A stretch of 48,976 nucleotides of DNA from a virus (Duplodnaviria; Heunggongvirae; Uroviricota; Caudoviricetes), in the IMG/VR virus record IMGVR_UViG_3300016467_000502, positions 76,785 through 125,760 of that record; one strand, written 5' to 3'. This document shows positions 28,601 to 37,050 of this stretch, one piece after another; the first letter of the stretch is position 1, and each line of letters starts with the position of its first letter. Made by a program: the position numbers and the translations under genes. Below the pieces are notes generated by a model. The model searched no databases. It was not told the DNA's origin and saw only the letters and a list, made by a program, of their open reading frames with translations.

Positions 28601-29271
28601 CACTTGCCCATTTGCATCTGCTCAGGAGCCATTTGCTCTTGTTGCATTTGTTCAGGAGCTTGAGGTTGTTGCACCATCTCCGGAGTTACACCCAAAACAG
28701 AAGCTGCCATTTCTGCAATAGCAGGAATACCATCTGGAAACCCTTTCATAGACTCTTGTATTAAAGCAAGCGTGCTTAACTTCTGAATGTTGTTTCTCAA
28801 CATTTCATTGGCACTACGCTTGGTGATATTGTCTGCGTCAGGATCTTTTAAATTTGCAACATACTGATTGATCTGATAGTTCTTAGCAATCTCTGCTGGT
28901 GTATAACCACCCTTTTTGGGATTAAGACCAAACACTTTTTTCAGAACTTCTTCATCCTTGATTCGCAGCTTGCGAGTGTTAGAATAAATGAATGAACCAG
29001 CAGGCACATCTACAGGAGTACCTCCTTTGCTATGAGGTTTGCCAGTAAATGTAAACAACTCTAGGAAACCATCTTTGTTGGTGTCTCCTACAACCACCTC
29101 TCCTCGTTCAACTTCAATAGAAGCCTCCTCGCGGGGAACAGGTCCCATTGTTGTTTTGACTTCATCTTCTGCGTTGCCGCCCATACCCGCGTTGCGGTAA
29201 CGGCTGTCGTAGAAGCTGTAGTCTACTTGATCACCCAACTTGGGTGCGGTCTTTATACGTATTCTTTGCAT
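25684..29271 (-). CDS. Mosaic virion cargo protein (1195 aa) with GG motifs and Gln-rich linkers
   Basis: N-terminal EASIEVERGE...FTGKPHSKGGTP domain of the type seen in crAss-like structural genes. It carries KWGGLKKYQNAG and EEGG...GLTKFQKAG motifs and Q-rich linkers. Confidence 0.72.
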   Translation of the reverse strand: MQRIRIKTAPKLGDQVDYSFYDSRYRNAGMGGNAEDEVKTTMGPVPREEASIEVERGEVVVGDTNKDGFLELFTFTGKPHSKGGTPVDVPAGSFIYSNTRKLRIKDEEVLKKVFGLNPKKGGYTPAEIAKNYQINQYVANLKDPDADNITKRSANEMLRNNIQKLSTLALIQESMKGFPDGIPAIAEMAASVLGVTPEMVQQPQAPEQMQQEQMAPEQMQMGKWGGLKKYQNAGEAKKVKPRGDQIALTPATIVYINGKPHRYLAGESQINTFSPNEYVFQDAETGYKFYINEHDFNRSYNTSVPHDRMYGDQYLHYYIGDSNEPFIGDDWYKYKYGVDIAGTKLNKGDLFFKGNDLYRVDWPYAARKYTNHPHRDPSLKVTRVTPVYDSTGTKVVGYNPIYGQSTENMFQQELISAAGDRQFAKIDLTESNQQPFQSQQTGAGDINRAGSNGAPVLFDPDSARTQQQQPAQQQQPAQQQQQRTNQSSAPSRTNRRTNTIDVTDFEEGGAYIPSYDMVGVYGLTKFQKAGENDEVYQGEVIDNNGRKVKQYKKGDLNIVRDAETGAIVWTKDMKTQVKREYKADGIRVYNDKNQLIDFEAPELQGYDAKTYKNKYESDIQSYESIINDPNNKELRSAIYNEFMQTISDPKSNKKIPADVLSQLKDLSEPQVIDYLLKGNKDNFLIRSAYGDNEEYMTSQAWDRFGTNVGKIYDEKGNPRDVRNQMYEAAAKRLGFEPLDQLGRIAFQAAYRASKKVATQPTYIEKFKEKGFDIDPKGGADADSDEMNVSFIDDVIGDNTSKQTWKVRDNFEPETPKETPDPGKKQAYYCVESEDGSRAVQTVEYADGSQPTPPTGKKVTPYDSLEKAQAECQAYDKGFPPPGKRKEGPWWAQDIVNFAFESTRNPERFKPALQQVDYVTPEWTTITNAASVANTQGNAAMMANVAQNSADGNVAIAASLGTAGEAMQNNALSDAQTNTVNAQTSTQSGQFNSQIENTERDQNAKYRDMYMSRLATEGQQNWNTNYALDKNKKAALIQGMTNWGDKKWIEARNRQVYINPINFDVEFSGEGRDVMGPDTYMPSYGGSTSRGVAGRSGSNAYAAASAMNSDAGVRAYKDTYERLKVELGEDAARQAAMGEMNRVNRLLTTNPQAAMYTSADDDYAFRNGGFIEYGTGGAIVTPEEMFRILIKRKTGR
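27825..27880 (-). repeat. Coding low-complexity repeat (QQQQPA)x2-QQQQQ
   Basis: TQQQQPAQQQQPAQQQQQ in the 1195-aa ORF, encoded by degenerate CAA/CAG runs. Confidence 0.6.
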
Positions 29272-29318
29272 AAACTTTAGAAGTTTAAAAGGGTGGGTAG
29301 GCTAAACATCTCACATTT

Positions 29319-29334
29319 AGAATTTACAAATTTA
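29319..29334 (-). promoter_or_regulatory. Shared intergenic 12-mer TTTGTAAATTCT (copy 2), overlapping a TAAATTTG -7-like box, upstream of the 1195-aa gene
   Basis: Minus strand TAAATTTGTAAATTCT in the 103-nt gap. No TTG lies at the -33 spacing. Confidence 0.5.
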
Positions 29335-29374
29335 ATCGCAAAAGTCCTACTGTTGTAGATGTTTTTTGTAGAGG

Positions 29375-31618
29375 TTATAAATATTCAATCTCACCACCTG
29401 CAGCCAGGATGGCCATGATCTCTTCTGGTGATACTTCATAAGTGCCACCCTGACGATACTTTTTCATACCACCATACTTGGCTCCTACTTGTGAGAAGTC
29501 CTGCAGAGGTGTACCCATCACCAGTTGTGAGTTGGGTCCTACAGCCATGTTGGTGCGCTCGTTACCAAAAGGATTCTTAGGGTTGTACGCGTTGTACATG
29601 GAGTCGGTGTTACCCATCGCACGAAGCTGCTGGTCATAATTGTTCTTCCGCTGGTCACGTCTTTCCGCCCAGTCTGCAAAATAACCCAGACCAACGATGG
29701 CATTGTTACCAGCTACAAACCCGGCATTGTCACCGCGATAGGTTGTCTCCCATGACTTTTGCATTTGAACCTTTGGATCGGCAGTGCTTTCAGAACCTGC
29801 TGTTCCTTCACCCATGCCGCTTCCAACGGCAACGTCTCCCAGTGCTCCTTCCAGCTCTTGCTGACCCAGCATGGCGTTGTACATTCCTGAACCAGGTCCT
29901 GTTCCTTCTACAGGCTGACCAGCAGGTCTTGATACAGGGTCAGATGCAACCGGGCCGGGTTGTTGTCCAAATTTCAGCGGACCTGAGTTGGGATTGGTGT
30001 TGCCAGTATTGTTCTGACCAGTTTCTTTTTTCCACATCTCCATTAACGCTTGTTGATTGGACACATTAGCCATTACATCAGCACGTGTAGCGTTCTGTGC
30101 AAACCATTGCTGGAAAGTAACCTCTCCGCCTGGATCAAACTGTGCCAAACCGCCAAAGCGTTTGGTCTGTACGTTGCCACGATTCATGTAATCGTTTAAA
30201 CCTGCAGGAATAGCTGGCATTTGTGGCGCTGAAGTGCTAGTTGTGGTAGTGGGCGGAGTATCTGTGCCGCCAGTATAATCATAGCTTGCTCCTGAAAAAT
30301 CATCATACATGTTACCGTTTTCCAATACCGCACCCATGCCTGAACCACCAGTTCTGGTCATCTTGGTTCTAGGATCTGGATTCATGTCTTTGGGATCAGG
30401 TGTAGGAGGCGTAGGATTGGCTTTGTCATAACGCGCCTTCAGGATATCCTGGGTGTTTCCGTACTCTTCAGTACCTGTGTTCATCAGCTTGCTGTCATGT
30501 TTGTCTTTGGCAAACATCTTCTCATAACCCAGCGTTGCACCTGATAGTCCTGACGCAAGACCAATCATACCTTTCAGGAATGACCCTTTAGGAAGGTATT
30601 GCGTCATGTTACGTGGGTCTGTCAGAGTCGTAGCTGTAGCCAAACCTCTGTTCCACTTGTTGTCCTCCAGGTTTTCCAACCTGCGTTTAGACACTGTATC
30701 TACTTGGAAATCTCCTTCCTGGTACATGTCACTATATGGACCGCTGTAGAAATCACCGCCCTCATCATACATGTCCAGTTCACCACCTTCTGCCCAGGTA
30801 CCAAATCGCTTGTGCCAGTACAAGGGTGAAAATGGATCTTTTGCTTTTGCTGAGTCTTTACCGCCCATGCGGTCCCAAAAACGGTCACGACGGTCGTCAT
30901 TGTGATGCTGGGTATAATCTTTCATACCATCATATCCTCCATGGACCACTTTGTACTGATCACCTTTTTTCGCCAGTACCATCCACTTCTTACCAGGGCG
31001 TGTAGATTCTTTCTTTACACCCACTTTGGTAAAGCCCATATTCTTATAGCGCTCAGGGATTCCTCCACCTTGCGCCATCTCCATCATTTCTTCTTCTTGC
31101 GGTTCACCATACTGCATGTAATCATTGATTGCTGTAGCAGAATGGTTCATCACAGAAAGCTTGTCGCTGATCCAGGGATCTAAGTCAGAGTCTTGTTTGA
31201 TATACTTTCTCAAGTTGTTCAAACGCTCCATCATGGCGTTAATTTGTGTTAAGGCCATACCGCCATCTGCTTCTCCACCGTCAGCGTACATACCACCGCA
31301 TTCATAACAAGGAGTGCCACCGGCTGCAAACATGGGAGGAGCATACGCACCATAAGGCATGCCACCAAATTCCATGTTGCTCATGATCTTCCGCTGCACA
31401 TCAGGAGGCAATGCTTTAAATCCTTCATTGTCTGGCATGCCGCCATCTTCCATGACCTCCATGCCGTACTCCGCAGCTTTGCTCCAGGTACCACCTTTGG
31501 ATTTGTACCACTTGGCAGCCCAGCCATTTGCGTAAGCTGAAGGATACACGTCGAACTTTTGTTTTGCCAAAGACTTTGCTTTTGACCAAAGGCTTGGGTT
31601 ATTGGGTTTGTTTGCCAT
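29375..31618 (-). CDS. Mosaic virion protein (747 aa) of small basic domains separated by xxxGG motifs
   Basis: More than 10 xxxGG motifs (MEDGG, MEFGG, FAAGG, YECGG, YADGG, MAQGG, WAEGG, YDEGG, KRFGG, FDPGG, AKYGG, YRQGG, LAAGG). It also has an N-terminal PSAYANGWAAKWYKSKGG module and an internal KKWMVLAK...FSPLYW module. Confidence 0.72.
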   Translation of the reverse strand: MANKPNNPSLWSKAKSLAKQKFDVYPSAYANGWAAKWYKSKGGTWSKAAEYGMEVMEDGGMPDNEGFKALPPDVQRKIMSNMEFGGMPYGAYAPPMFAAGGTPCYECGGMYADGGEADGGMALTQINAMMERLNNLRKYIKQDSDLDPWISDKLSVMNHSATAINDYMQYGEPQEEEMMEMAQGGGIPERYKNMGFTKVGVKKESTRPGKKWMVLAKKGDQYKVVHGGYDGMKDYTQHHNDDRRDRFWDRMGGKDSAKAKDPFSPLYWHKRFGTWAEGGELDMYDEGGDFYSGPYSDMYQEGDFQVDTVSKRRLENLEDNKWNRGLATATTLTDPRNMTQYLPKGSFLKGMIGLASGLSGATLGYEKMFAKDKHDSKLMNTGTEEYGNTQDILKARYDKANPTPPTPDPKDMNPDPRTKMTRTGGSGMGAVLENGNMYDDFSGASYDYTGGTDTPPTTTTSTSAPQMPAIPAGLNDYMNRGNVQTKRFGGLAQFDPGGEVTFQQWFAQNATRADVMANVSNQQALMEMWKKETGQNNTGNTNPNSGPLKFGQQPGPVASDPVSRPAGQPVEGTGPGSGMYNAMLGQQELEGALGDVAVGSGMGEGTAGSESTADPKVQMQKSWETTYRGDNAGFVAGNNAIVGLGYFADWAERRDQRKNNYDQQLRAMGNTDSMYNAYNPKNPFGNERTNMAVGPNSQLVMGTPLQDFSQVGAKYGGMKKYRQGGTYEVSPEEIMAILAAGGEIEYL

Positions 31619-31626
31619 AGGTATGG

Positions 31627-34600
31627 TTAGTTTCTTTTGTGATTATAGGGTATGCGTTTGCTACTTGTCTTGGTCCTTTTAAACTTGGCTTTCTCAGAAG
31701 GACTCATCTCTGAAGAAGTCTTTGGCGTATCCTCTGATACGCGTTTTGAAGGTCTGCATGCTGGATAATTTCTATCTTCTCCTTCTTGTCTGCCGCATGG
31801 CTTGCCTGTTTTCACATCAACCCACTTCTCAGCAAACCATCTATCTAGTCCGCCATGCTGTCCTCCCCCTACAAATTTACTCAAAGCTCCGCCAAAAGCA
31901 AAGCCTTCAGTATCAGTTTCTTCATCATCCATCATCATGCCTGCGCCTACAGCTGGTATGGCAGCAGGTAACATGCGAATCAGTTTGCGTTTTGAATCAG
32001 CATCTGTTGATCCCTTAAAGAACCTGTTCAGGTTTTGGTCAGCAATCATGTAATCAATGACATCGTCGCCTGGGTTTTGCATATACTGAATCGCTGCTTC
32101 CATGTTAGGAAACTGACCGCTATCTACATAGCGCTTTGCAGTGTTCATGCGCGCAACCATCAGTTCTGAGTGAAGCTCTTTTGGTGACGCGGCCCAGGTG
32201 TAAACCTTGTTGCGGTTGACATTCTTGTACTCAGGAATCTCTATATCCTCTATCTTTTTAATTTTGTCATCATACTCGTTTACAATCTGCTGTGCAAAAT
32301 CATAGTGGTCGTTAGATGATACTTTACCTGAAGCAACATCATCGTTTAATTGCTTAAGCTTGGCAAGCTTCTCATCTCCCAAATCAATTATCTGGCTTCT
32401 TAGTTTTTTATAGCCTGGATCATTAACCCATAAGTTAGGTTCAACCATTGCGTCACCAAACATCTTACCTGTAGGTGTAGCATCATTAGCAAAGTAGTAT
32501 GGAGTTATGTCATAATCATGTTTTGTAATTGCGCTAGACCATGGTTGGAAAGGGCTATTACCAAATCGTTGAAACGTGTGAGCTGTTTCGTGTGCAGAAG
32601 TGTTAGCGATACCTTTAGGATCAACATGATAAAATCCTTGGTTTCTAAGCGTAATGTTGTAGTTAGGATTGTTTGCACCCAGAATCTTACCTCTGTTCTG
32701 GCGAATATAATCTTTAGTGTCAGTACCAATGCGAGCGTCTGCAATCAAATCTTTTGAACGGCTACTAATCATTGTAGAAGGAACCTGATTCAGAATGTTG
32801 TTAGCGTCCATTACAGAACTGTTATTGTCAAACGTCAGCCTGAACCTGTCTACTGTGGCAGGGTCTAACGCGACTGCCCTGTCTACAACCTGTGGTCTAA
32901 TCTCACCATCAGGTCCGTATATCCACTGCTTTACAAAGTCTTCACCTTCTTTAAGTGCAGCATCCTGCTTTGCCCATACACGTTGTTTTTGTGCTTTTGT
33001 CATAGGGAAGATTTCAAAGAAGGGTCTTTCTCCTTCTGCAACTTCCGCCAACCCTTGTCCAAGACCATAAAGATGCTCATCGACTGCAGGTGTTTTTACT
33101 TTACGCATAAAGTTTGCAAGTGTAGACTCACCTTTTGGTTGCCACTTGGCAACATTGTAACCATATCTGCGAAGCTTCCCTGCAATGTTTGCAGAAGTCT
33201 CAGACGCATCTGCTACATCATCTGCATACTTTACAGCTTGTCTAACTCCGCTAGCATCATCCAATAAACCTATACCAACAACATTTAAAGGATCCATTCC
33301 TGCAAGGGAAAGCTCCTCTAAAAACTGTGTGCTGCCAGGTTGTACATATGACTCCATGCTTCCGTAGGTCATAGGTCTGGCGCTTCTACCTTGTGCTGCT
33401 GCAGCAAGGTCTCCGCTGATTGCACCTCTGACAAGATTGCTGGTATAACCAAGCGGAGCAATTGCACCCAGGCGAGATGCTTCTTTGGCTTCTGCTGCTG
33501 TCAAATCTTCATCGTTATAATCCATGCCAAACAAGTTGGCTATACCCTGGCGGAACTGTGTGCCTATATCAGGATTCAGACTATATGCCGCCTGCGAGTT
33601 TTGAATAATATCCAGCTGCTCAGGTGAAAACGACTTCATCCACTCCACACGGTTTCTGTCACCCTGCGGATTATTTGCCAGGATTTGCTCTGCAACTTTG
33701 GTACGGGCATAATCATACGCGCGGTTTTTAGATCGCTTGTCATTATAAGCGTCAAAACCAAGCGCTCTTGCAAAACCTGTGTCTTCTTTACCCGTCCACT
33801 CTTTTGCAAATCTGTCTAACTCAGGGGCATACTCACCGCGATCTGCAGTGATGTTGAGCGGTCTTCTGAGATTATATACAGGCGCATTCTCTTTTGTGTT
33901 CCATGTTGTATATCCATCATCAAACAAAAAGTCAAAACGCCTGTCAGTAGCTGGGTCATAGTCAAACCTACGCTGGCCTTCTGAGGGCTTTACAAACTTT
34001 TCAATAAACTTCTCTTTTTCTTCAGGTGTCAACTCCCGACCTCTTCTCTCTTCTTCCTTGTTAAGCATCTCCACCCATTGCTGTGCGCCTTGTGAATACG
34101 CTCGCCAACCTGCTTCATATTCTGCACGCTGGTCAGCGTTATTCATGGTTTGGTAATTAGCCTCAGGAGCATCTACGCTTTTGCGTTTAGGACCACCTTT
34201 AACAAACTTTGTAATACCTCCTTCTTTCTTTATTCTTCCCTGAGAAGCATACCATGCAGCTTCATCATCTTTAAAAAGTTCTCTTTTCCACCCCGTTTCA
34301 GTGCGTATATCCTCTCCTATTTGATACTGCCCTTTGCGGTGAGCCTGACTTGATTGGTAAACAGGCCTGGTTTCAGGTTTGGGTGGCAATTGTACAGGCG
34401 CTATAGGCTGTAATTCAGGCGTGCTGATTGGCAATCTAGTGATAGGTCTGGGTTCAATTCTTGTCAATCCTTCTTCCGCAGGGCGTTCTTCTAGGACTAC
34501 TGGTCTAGGTTTGTACATGACAGGTATCGGTCTGTCATACATAAAAACAGGAACGATTGTGTTATAACCTTTTCTTGCGTCGTAATAATTTAGTGACTTG

Positions 34601-34923
34601 TATTCGTTATCAGCAATCAGCGAGGCATTCTCAAGATTTGCTGTAATCTTTTTGTTTTCAGGAACACCAATCTGATGATTAATGTGTACCAGTTTGTAAA
34701 CCTGGTCCCTGTAGTCCTTTTTTTCTGCAACGCTTTTGGCAATTAGATTTTCAAGCTCAAGCTGTTTGTTGTACAGATACAAACGTTTGTTGTAATCTTC
34801 TTGCGCTTTTTTAAATTCAGCCTCGTTGGTAAAAACACGCACCTTTTTCTTGGGAGGATCTGTAGCAGCGCCTCCCTTTAAAAATCTTTGTATATGGTCG
34901 TATGTGATTAAATCTTCTGCCAC
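31627..34923 (-). CDS. Mosaic virion protein (1098 aa) with zincin-like metallopeptidase domain and C-terminal basic module
   Basis: GTG start 3 nt after the upstream stop. HETAH at 32578-32592, with a downstream candidate third ligand in SPKELHSE. GG motifs are present. The C-terminus is GLDRWFAEKWVDVKTGKPCGR...YPACRPSKRVS. Confidence 0.72.
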   Translation of the reverse strand: MAEDLITYDHIQRFLKGGAATDPPKKKVRVFTNEAEFKKAQEDYNKRLYLYNKQLELENLIAKSVAEKKDYRDQVYKLVHINHQIGVPENKKITANLENASLIADNEYKSLNYYDARKGYNTIVPVFMYDRPIPVMYKPRPVVLEERPAEEGLTRIEPRPITRLPISTPELQPIAPVQLPPKPETRPVYQSSQAHRKGQYQIGEDIRTETGWKRELFKDDEAAWYASQGRIKKEGGITKFVKGGPKRKSVDAPEANYQTMNNADQRAEYEAGWRAYSQGAQQWVEMLNKEEERRGRELTPEEKEKFIEKFVKPSEGQRRFDYDPATDRRFDFLFDDGYTTWNTKENAPVYNLRRPLNITADRGEYAPELDRFAKEWTGKEDTGFARALGFDAYNDKRSKNRAYDYARTKVAEQILANNPQGDRNRVEWMKSFSPEQLDIIQNSQAAYSLNPDIGTQFRQGIANLFGMDYNDEDLTAAEAKEASRLGAIAPLGYTSNLVRGAISGDLAAAAQGRSARPMTYGSMESYVQPGSTQFLEELSLAGMDPLNVVGIGLLDDASGVRQAVKYADDVADASETSANIAGKLRRYGYNVAKWQPKGESTLANFMRKVKTPAVDEHLYGLGQGLAEVAEGERPFFEIFPMTKAQKQRVWAKQDAALKEGEDFVKQWIYGPDGEIRPQVVDRAVALDPATVDRFRLTFDNNSSVMDANNILNQVPSTMISSRSKDLIADARIGTDTKDYIRQNRGKILGANNPNYNITLRNQGFYHVDPKGIANTSAHETAHTFQRFGNSPFQPWSSAITKHDYDITPYYFANDATPTGKMFGDAMVEPNLWVNDPGYKKLRSQIIDLGDEKLAKLKQLNDDVASGKVSSNDHYDFAQQIVNEYDDKIKKIEDIEIPEYKNVNRNKVYTWAASPKELHSELMVARMNTAKRYVDSGQFPNMEAAIQYMQNPGDDVIDYMIADQNLNRFFKGSTDADSKRKLIRMLPAAIPAVGAGMMMDDEETDTEGFAFGGALSKFVGGGQHGGLDRWFAEKWVDVKTGKPCGRQEGEDRNYPACRPSKRVSEDTPKTSSEMSPSEKAKFKRTKTSSKRIPYNHKRN

Positions 34924-34926
34924 AGG

Positions 34927-37050
34927 TTAGTAGTTTAAAAATTTATGCAGTGGTGAAAATGGCCCACCGTGTTTCTTAATCTCAAGTGTTTCCTGAAGAG
35001 GATTGTGATTAAACAAGCTTGCAAATGTTCGCACGTTTTTCAGATAACTGTTATTTGCCTCTGGAGAATTAGGATCTTTTACAAGAGCTTGATCAGGAGA
35101 AACACCTTCGTCAATAGCGCGCATAATTGTTTTCTTGTCTCCCCTTCTCAAACGATTTGGCATCTGATACATGTAGGGTAAAAAGTCAAGATAGTTGCTT
35201 TCATCAAGCGCTGCTGTTTCTCCTTTTTGCGCCAAACGTCTCAGTTCAGGTAAGTTCTGTGTGCTGACCAACATTGCTGCAATAAACGCTTTCTTAGGAT
35301 CTGACTCAATGTTCTGAGCAGTCAGTCCATATTTCTCTCTATCTTCTTTACTGATGTTGCGGAATTTCACCTGCGTCAAACCACGACTGTAATCTTCTGT
35401 ATTAAGTACTTCGTTTGAGCCCTGGCCTGTTAATCTATTCCATACGTTTTGAACCATTGCTGCACCGCGTCTGGTAGTATCGCTTTCTTTTATGCCTCCT
35501 TTCTTTGTACCAAAACCGGTCTCCTGACCATAGATACCAAGGGTGTTTAATACAACACCGTTAAACTCCCTGTTAGAAATGTTGTATTTCTTCATGAAGT
35601 CTTGCTTCCACTGAGGATCGTTGACCATACCTAGGATCTCTTTGAAGCCAGCGCTTTTTGAAAGTTCGTCAAGATTGTAATCAAACTTGTCAGTGTTTCT
35701 TGTCAAAAGACGATTAGCTTCTTCGCTAAGGGAACCTAAATATTGGTTCCCTTTGCCCAAGTCTTCACCGTACATGTATGCGTGATCGTCACCAGTAAAG
35801 GTAATCAGACCAGGTGCGTATGTAGCCCATCTTCTCTCTTGTCCTTTCTTGAAGAACTGAGGATCCTCATCTTCAATCTTTTGTTTTTTAAGGTTTCGCT
35901 TTTTAACTTTGTCCGCGTCTTCTTTGGAGAAATCACGTGTCAAAAATTGAACTCGATCAGTAGCCTCAGCATCGTAAATTGGGTTATCAATCTGCCACGG
36001 AAATTCAGCACCATCATGTAGAGGATCAACGTTAACTGCAATTGTTTGCAGGCCATTTGGACCTCGCTCATAACGATACCTTTCAGCAGGCGAACCATCA
36101 TAACTTGTTAAATAATTTCCCTGATTATCCATTGCTACAACACCGTCTGTTTTTGGATTAATCCTATAAGACTGCTGATACATTTTACCATCTCCAGCGT
36201 TCATGTAAAGAAGAATATCATATGTGCCATCGGGATTATCTGTCCTGCTGCCAGGAACTACAAGCCCTGCATGATGAGGCAAGCCTGATTTTATTTTTCC
36301 ATCTGGATCAACACCTGATGATAAAAACTGCAAAATATCACCACCTTGAGGATTGCTTGTATCACGGTTAAGTTTCCAGTTTGGCACTTCACCATTTTTA
36401 ACCGCATCTTGTGCAAGGGAGTTAGAAAAAAACTTTATAGGTTCACCAGTTTGAGATATTGTATAACAAACACCAGATATGCAATAGTAACTGTCAGGAT
36501 TATCCAATATGTACTGTGGAATAAAGCCTGTCTTTGTTATATCAAAGAGGCCATCTGGAGATTCATCATACTGCCTTCCGATTTCATTCATAATTCTTTG
36601 CTCATACGCTCCTCTAGCACCGCCGGTATTGATATCACTTTGCACATTGTTGTAAGCGTCAACATCTGCTTGATTGACAAACTGCTGGTTTGCATCATAT
36701 GATGCATTTACACCGTAGCGTTCTGCATCAGCAGGTATAGTAGTTTGCTTACCGGTTTGTGCTTTAGGTAAAAACTTTTTCAAACCACCCATGCGCATCT
36801 CATACTCATCTACGTATTCTGCGCCAGGAAAATGCACCTGGGTTTCATCAAAGGGTTGAAGCTCTGCTTGCATGCCGTTATTACTTACAGCCTTAATGCG
36901 ATGAGGTGTAGGATTGTACAGCGTGTCAGAAGGTATGCGGTAGTTAGTACCGGGAGGAGGTGCTCCATTTTTAAAACCTTCATTACTTACTACCGGCTGC
37001 AATTTTTGTTGCTGCTCTTGAATAAATCTGAGCAAGATGTCTTTTTTCAT
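34927..37050 (-). CDS. Virion-associated peptidoglycan hydrolase (707 aa): NlpC/P60-like peptidase plus lysozyme/SLT-like domain
   Basis: YYCISGVC...PQGGDILQF...PHHAGLVV gives the Cys/His arrangement of NlpC/P60-CHAP enzymes. The later GIYGQETGFG...SRGLTQVKF...DPKKAFIAA matches the lysozyme-like/lytic transglycosylase Glu, GLxQ and P...AA motifs. Confidence 0.68.
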   Translation of the reverse strand: MKKDILLRFIQEQQQKLQPVVSNEGFKNGAPPPGTNYRIPSDTLYNPTPHRIKAVSNNGMQAELQPFDETQVHFPGAEYVDEYEMRMGGLKKFLPKAQTGKQTTIPADAERYGVNASYDANQQFVNQADVDAYNNVQSDINTGGARGAYEQRIMNEIGRQYDESPDGLFDITKTGFIPQYILDNPDSYYCISGVCYTISQTGEPIKFFSNSLAQDAVKNGEVPNWKLNRDTSNPQGGDILQFLSSGVDPDGKIKSGLPHHAGLVVPGSRTDNPDGTYDILLYMNAGDGKMYQQSYRINPKTDGVVAMDNQGNYLTSYDGSPAERYRYERGPNGLQTIAVNVDPLHDGAEFPWQIDNPIYDAEATDRVQFLTRDFSKEDADKVKKRNLKKQKIEDEDPQFFKKGQERRWATYAPGLITFTGDDHAYMYGEDLGKGNQYLGSLSEEANRLLTRNTDKFDYNLDELSKSAGFKEILGMVNDPQWKQDFMKKYNISNREFNGVVLNTLGIYGQETGFGTKKGGIKESDTTRRGAAMVQNVWNRLTGQGSNEVLNTEDYSRGLTQVKFRNISKEDREKYGLTAQNIESDPKKAFIAAMLVSTQNLPELRRLAQKGETAALDESNYLDFLPYMYQMPNRLRRGDKKTIMRAIDEGVSPDQALVKDPNSPEANNSYLKNVRTFASLFNHNPLQETLEIKKHGGPFSPLHKFLNY

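Noticed and set aside
27825-28680. Gln-rich repeats as CRISPR-like or VNTR elements
   Set aside because: They are degenerate coding repeats without spacer structure, best read as disordered linkers.
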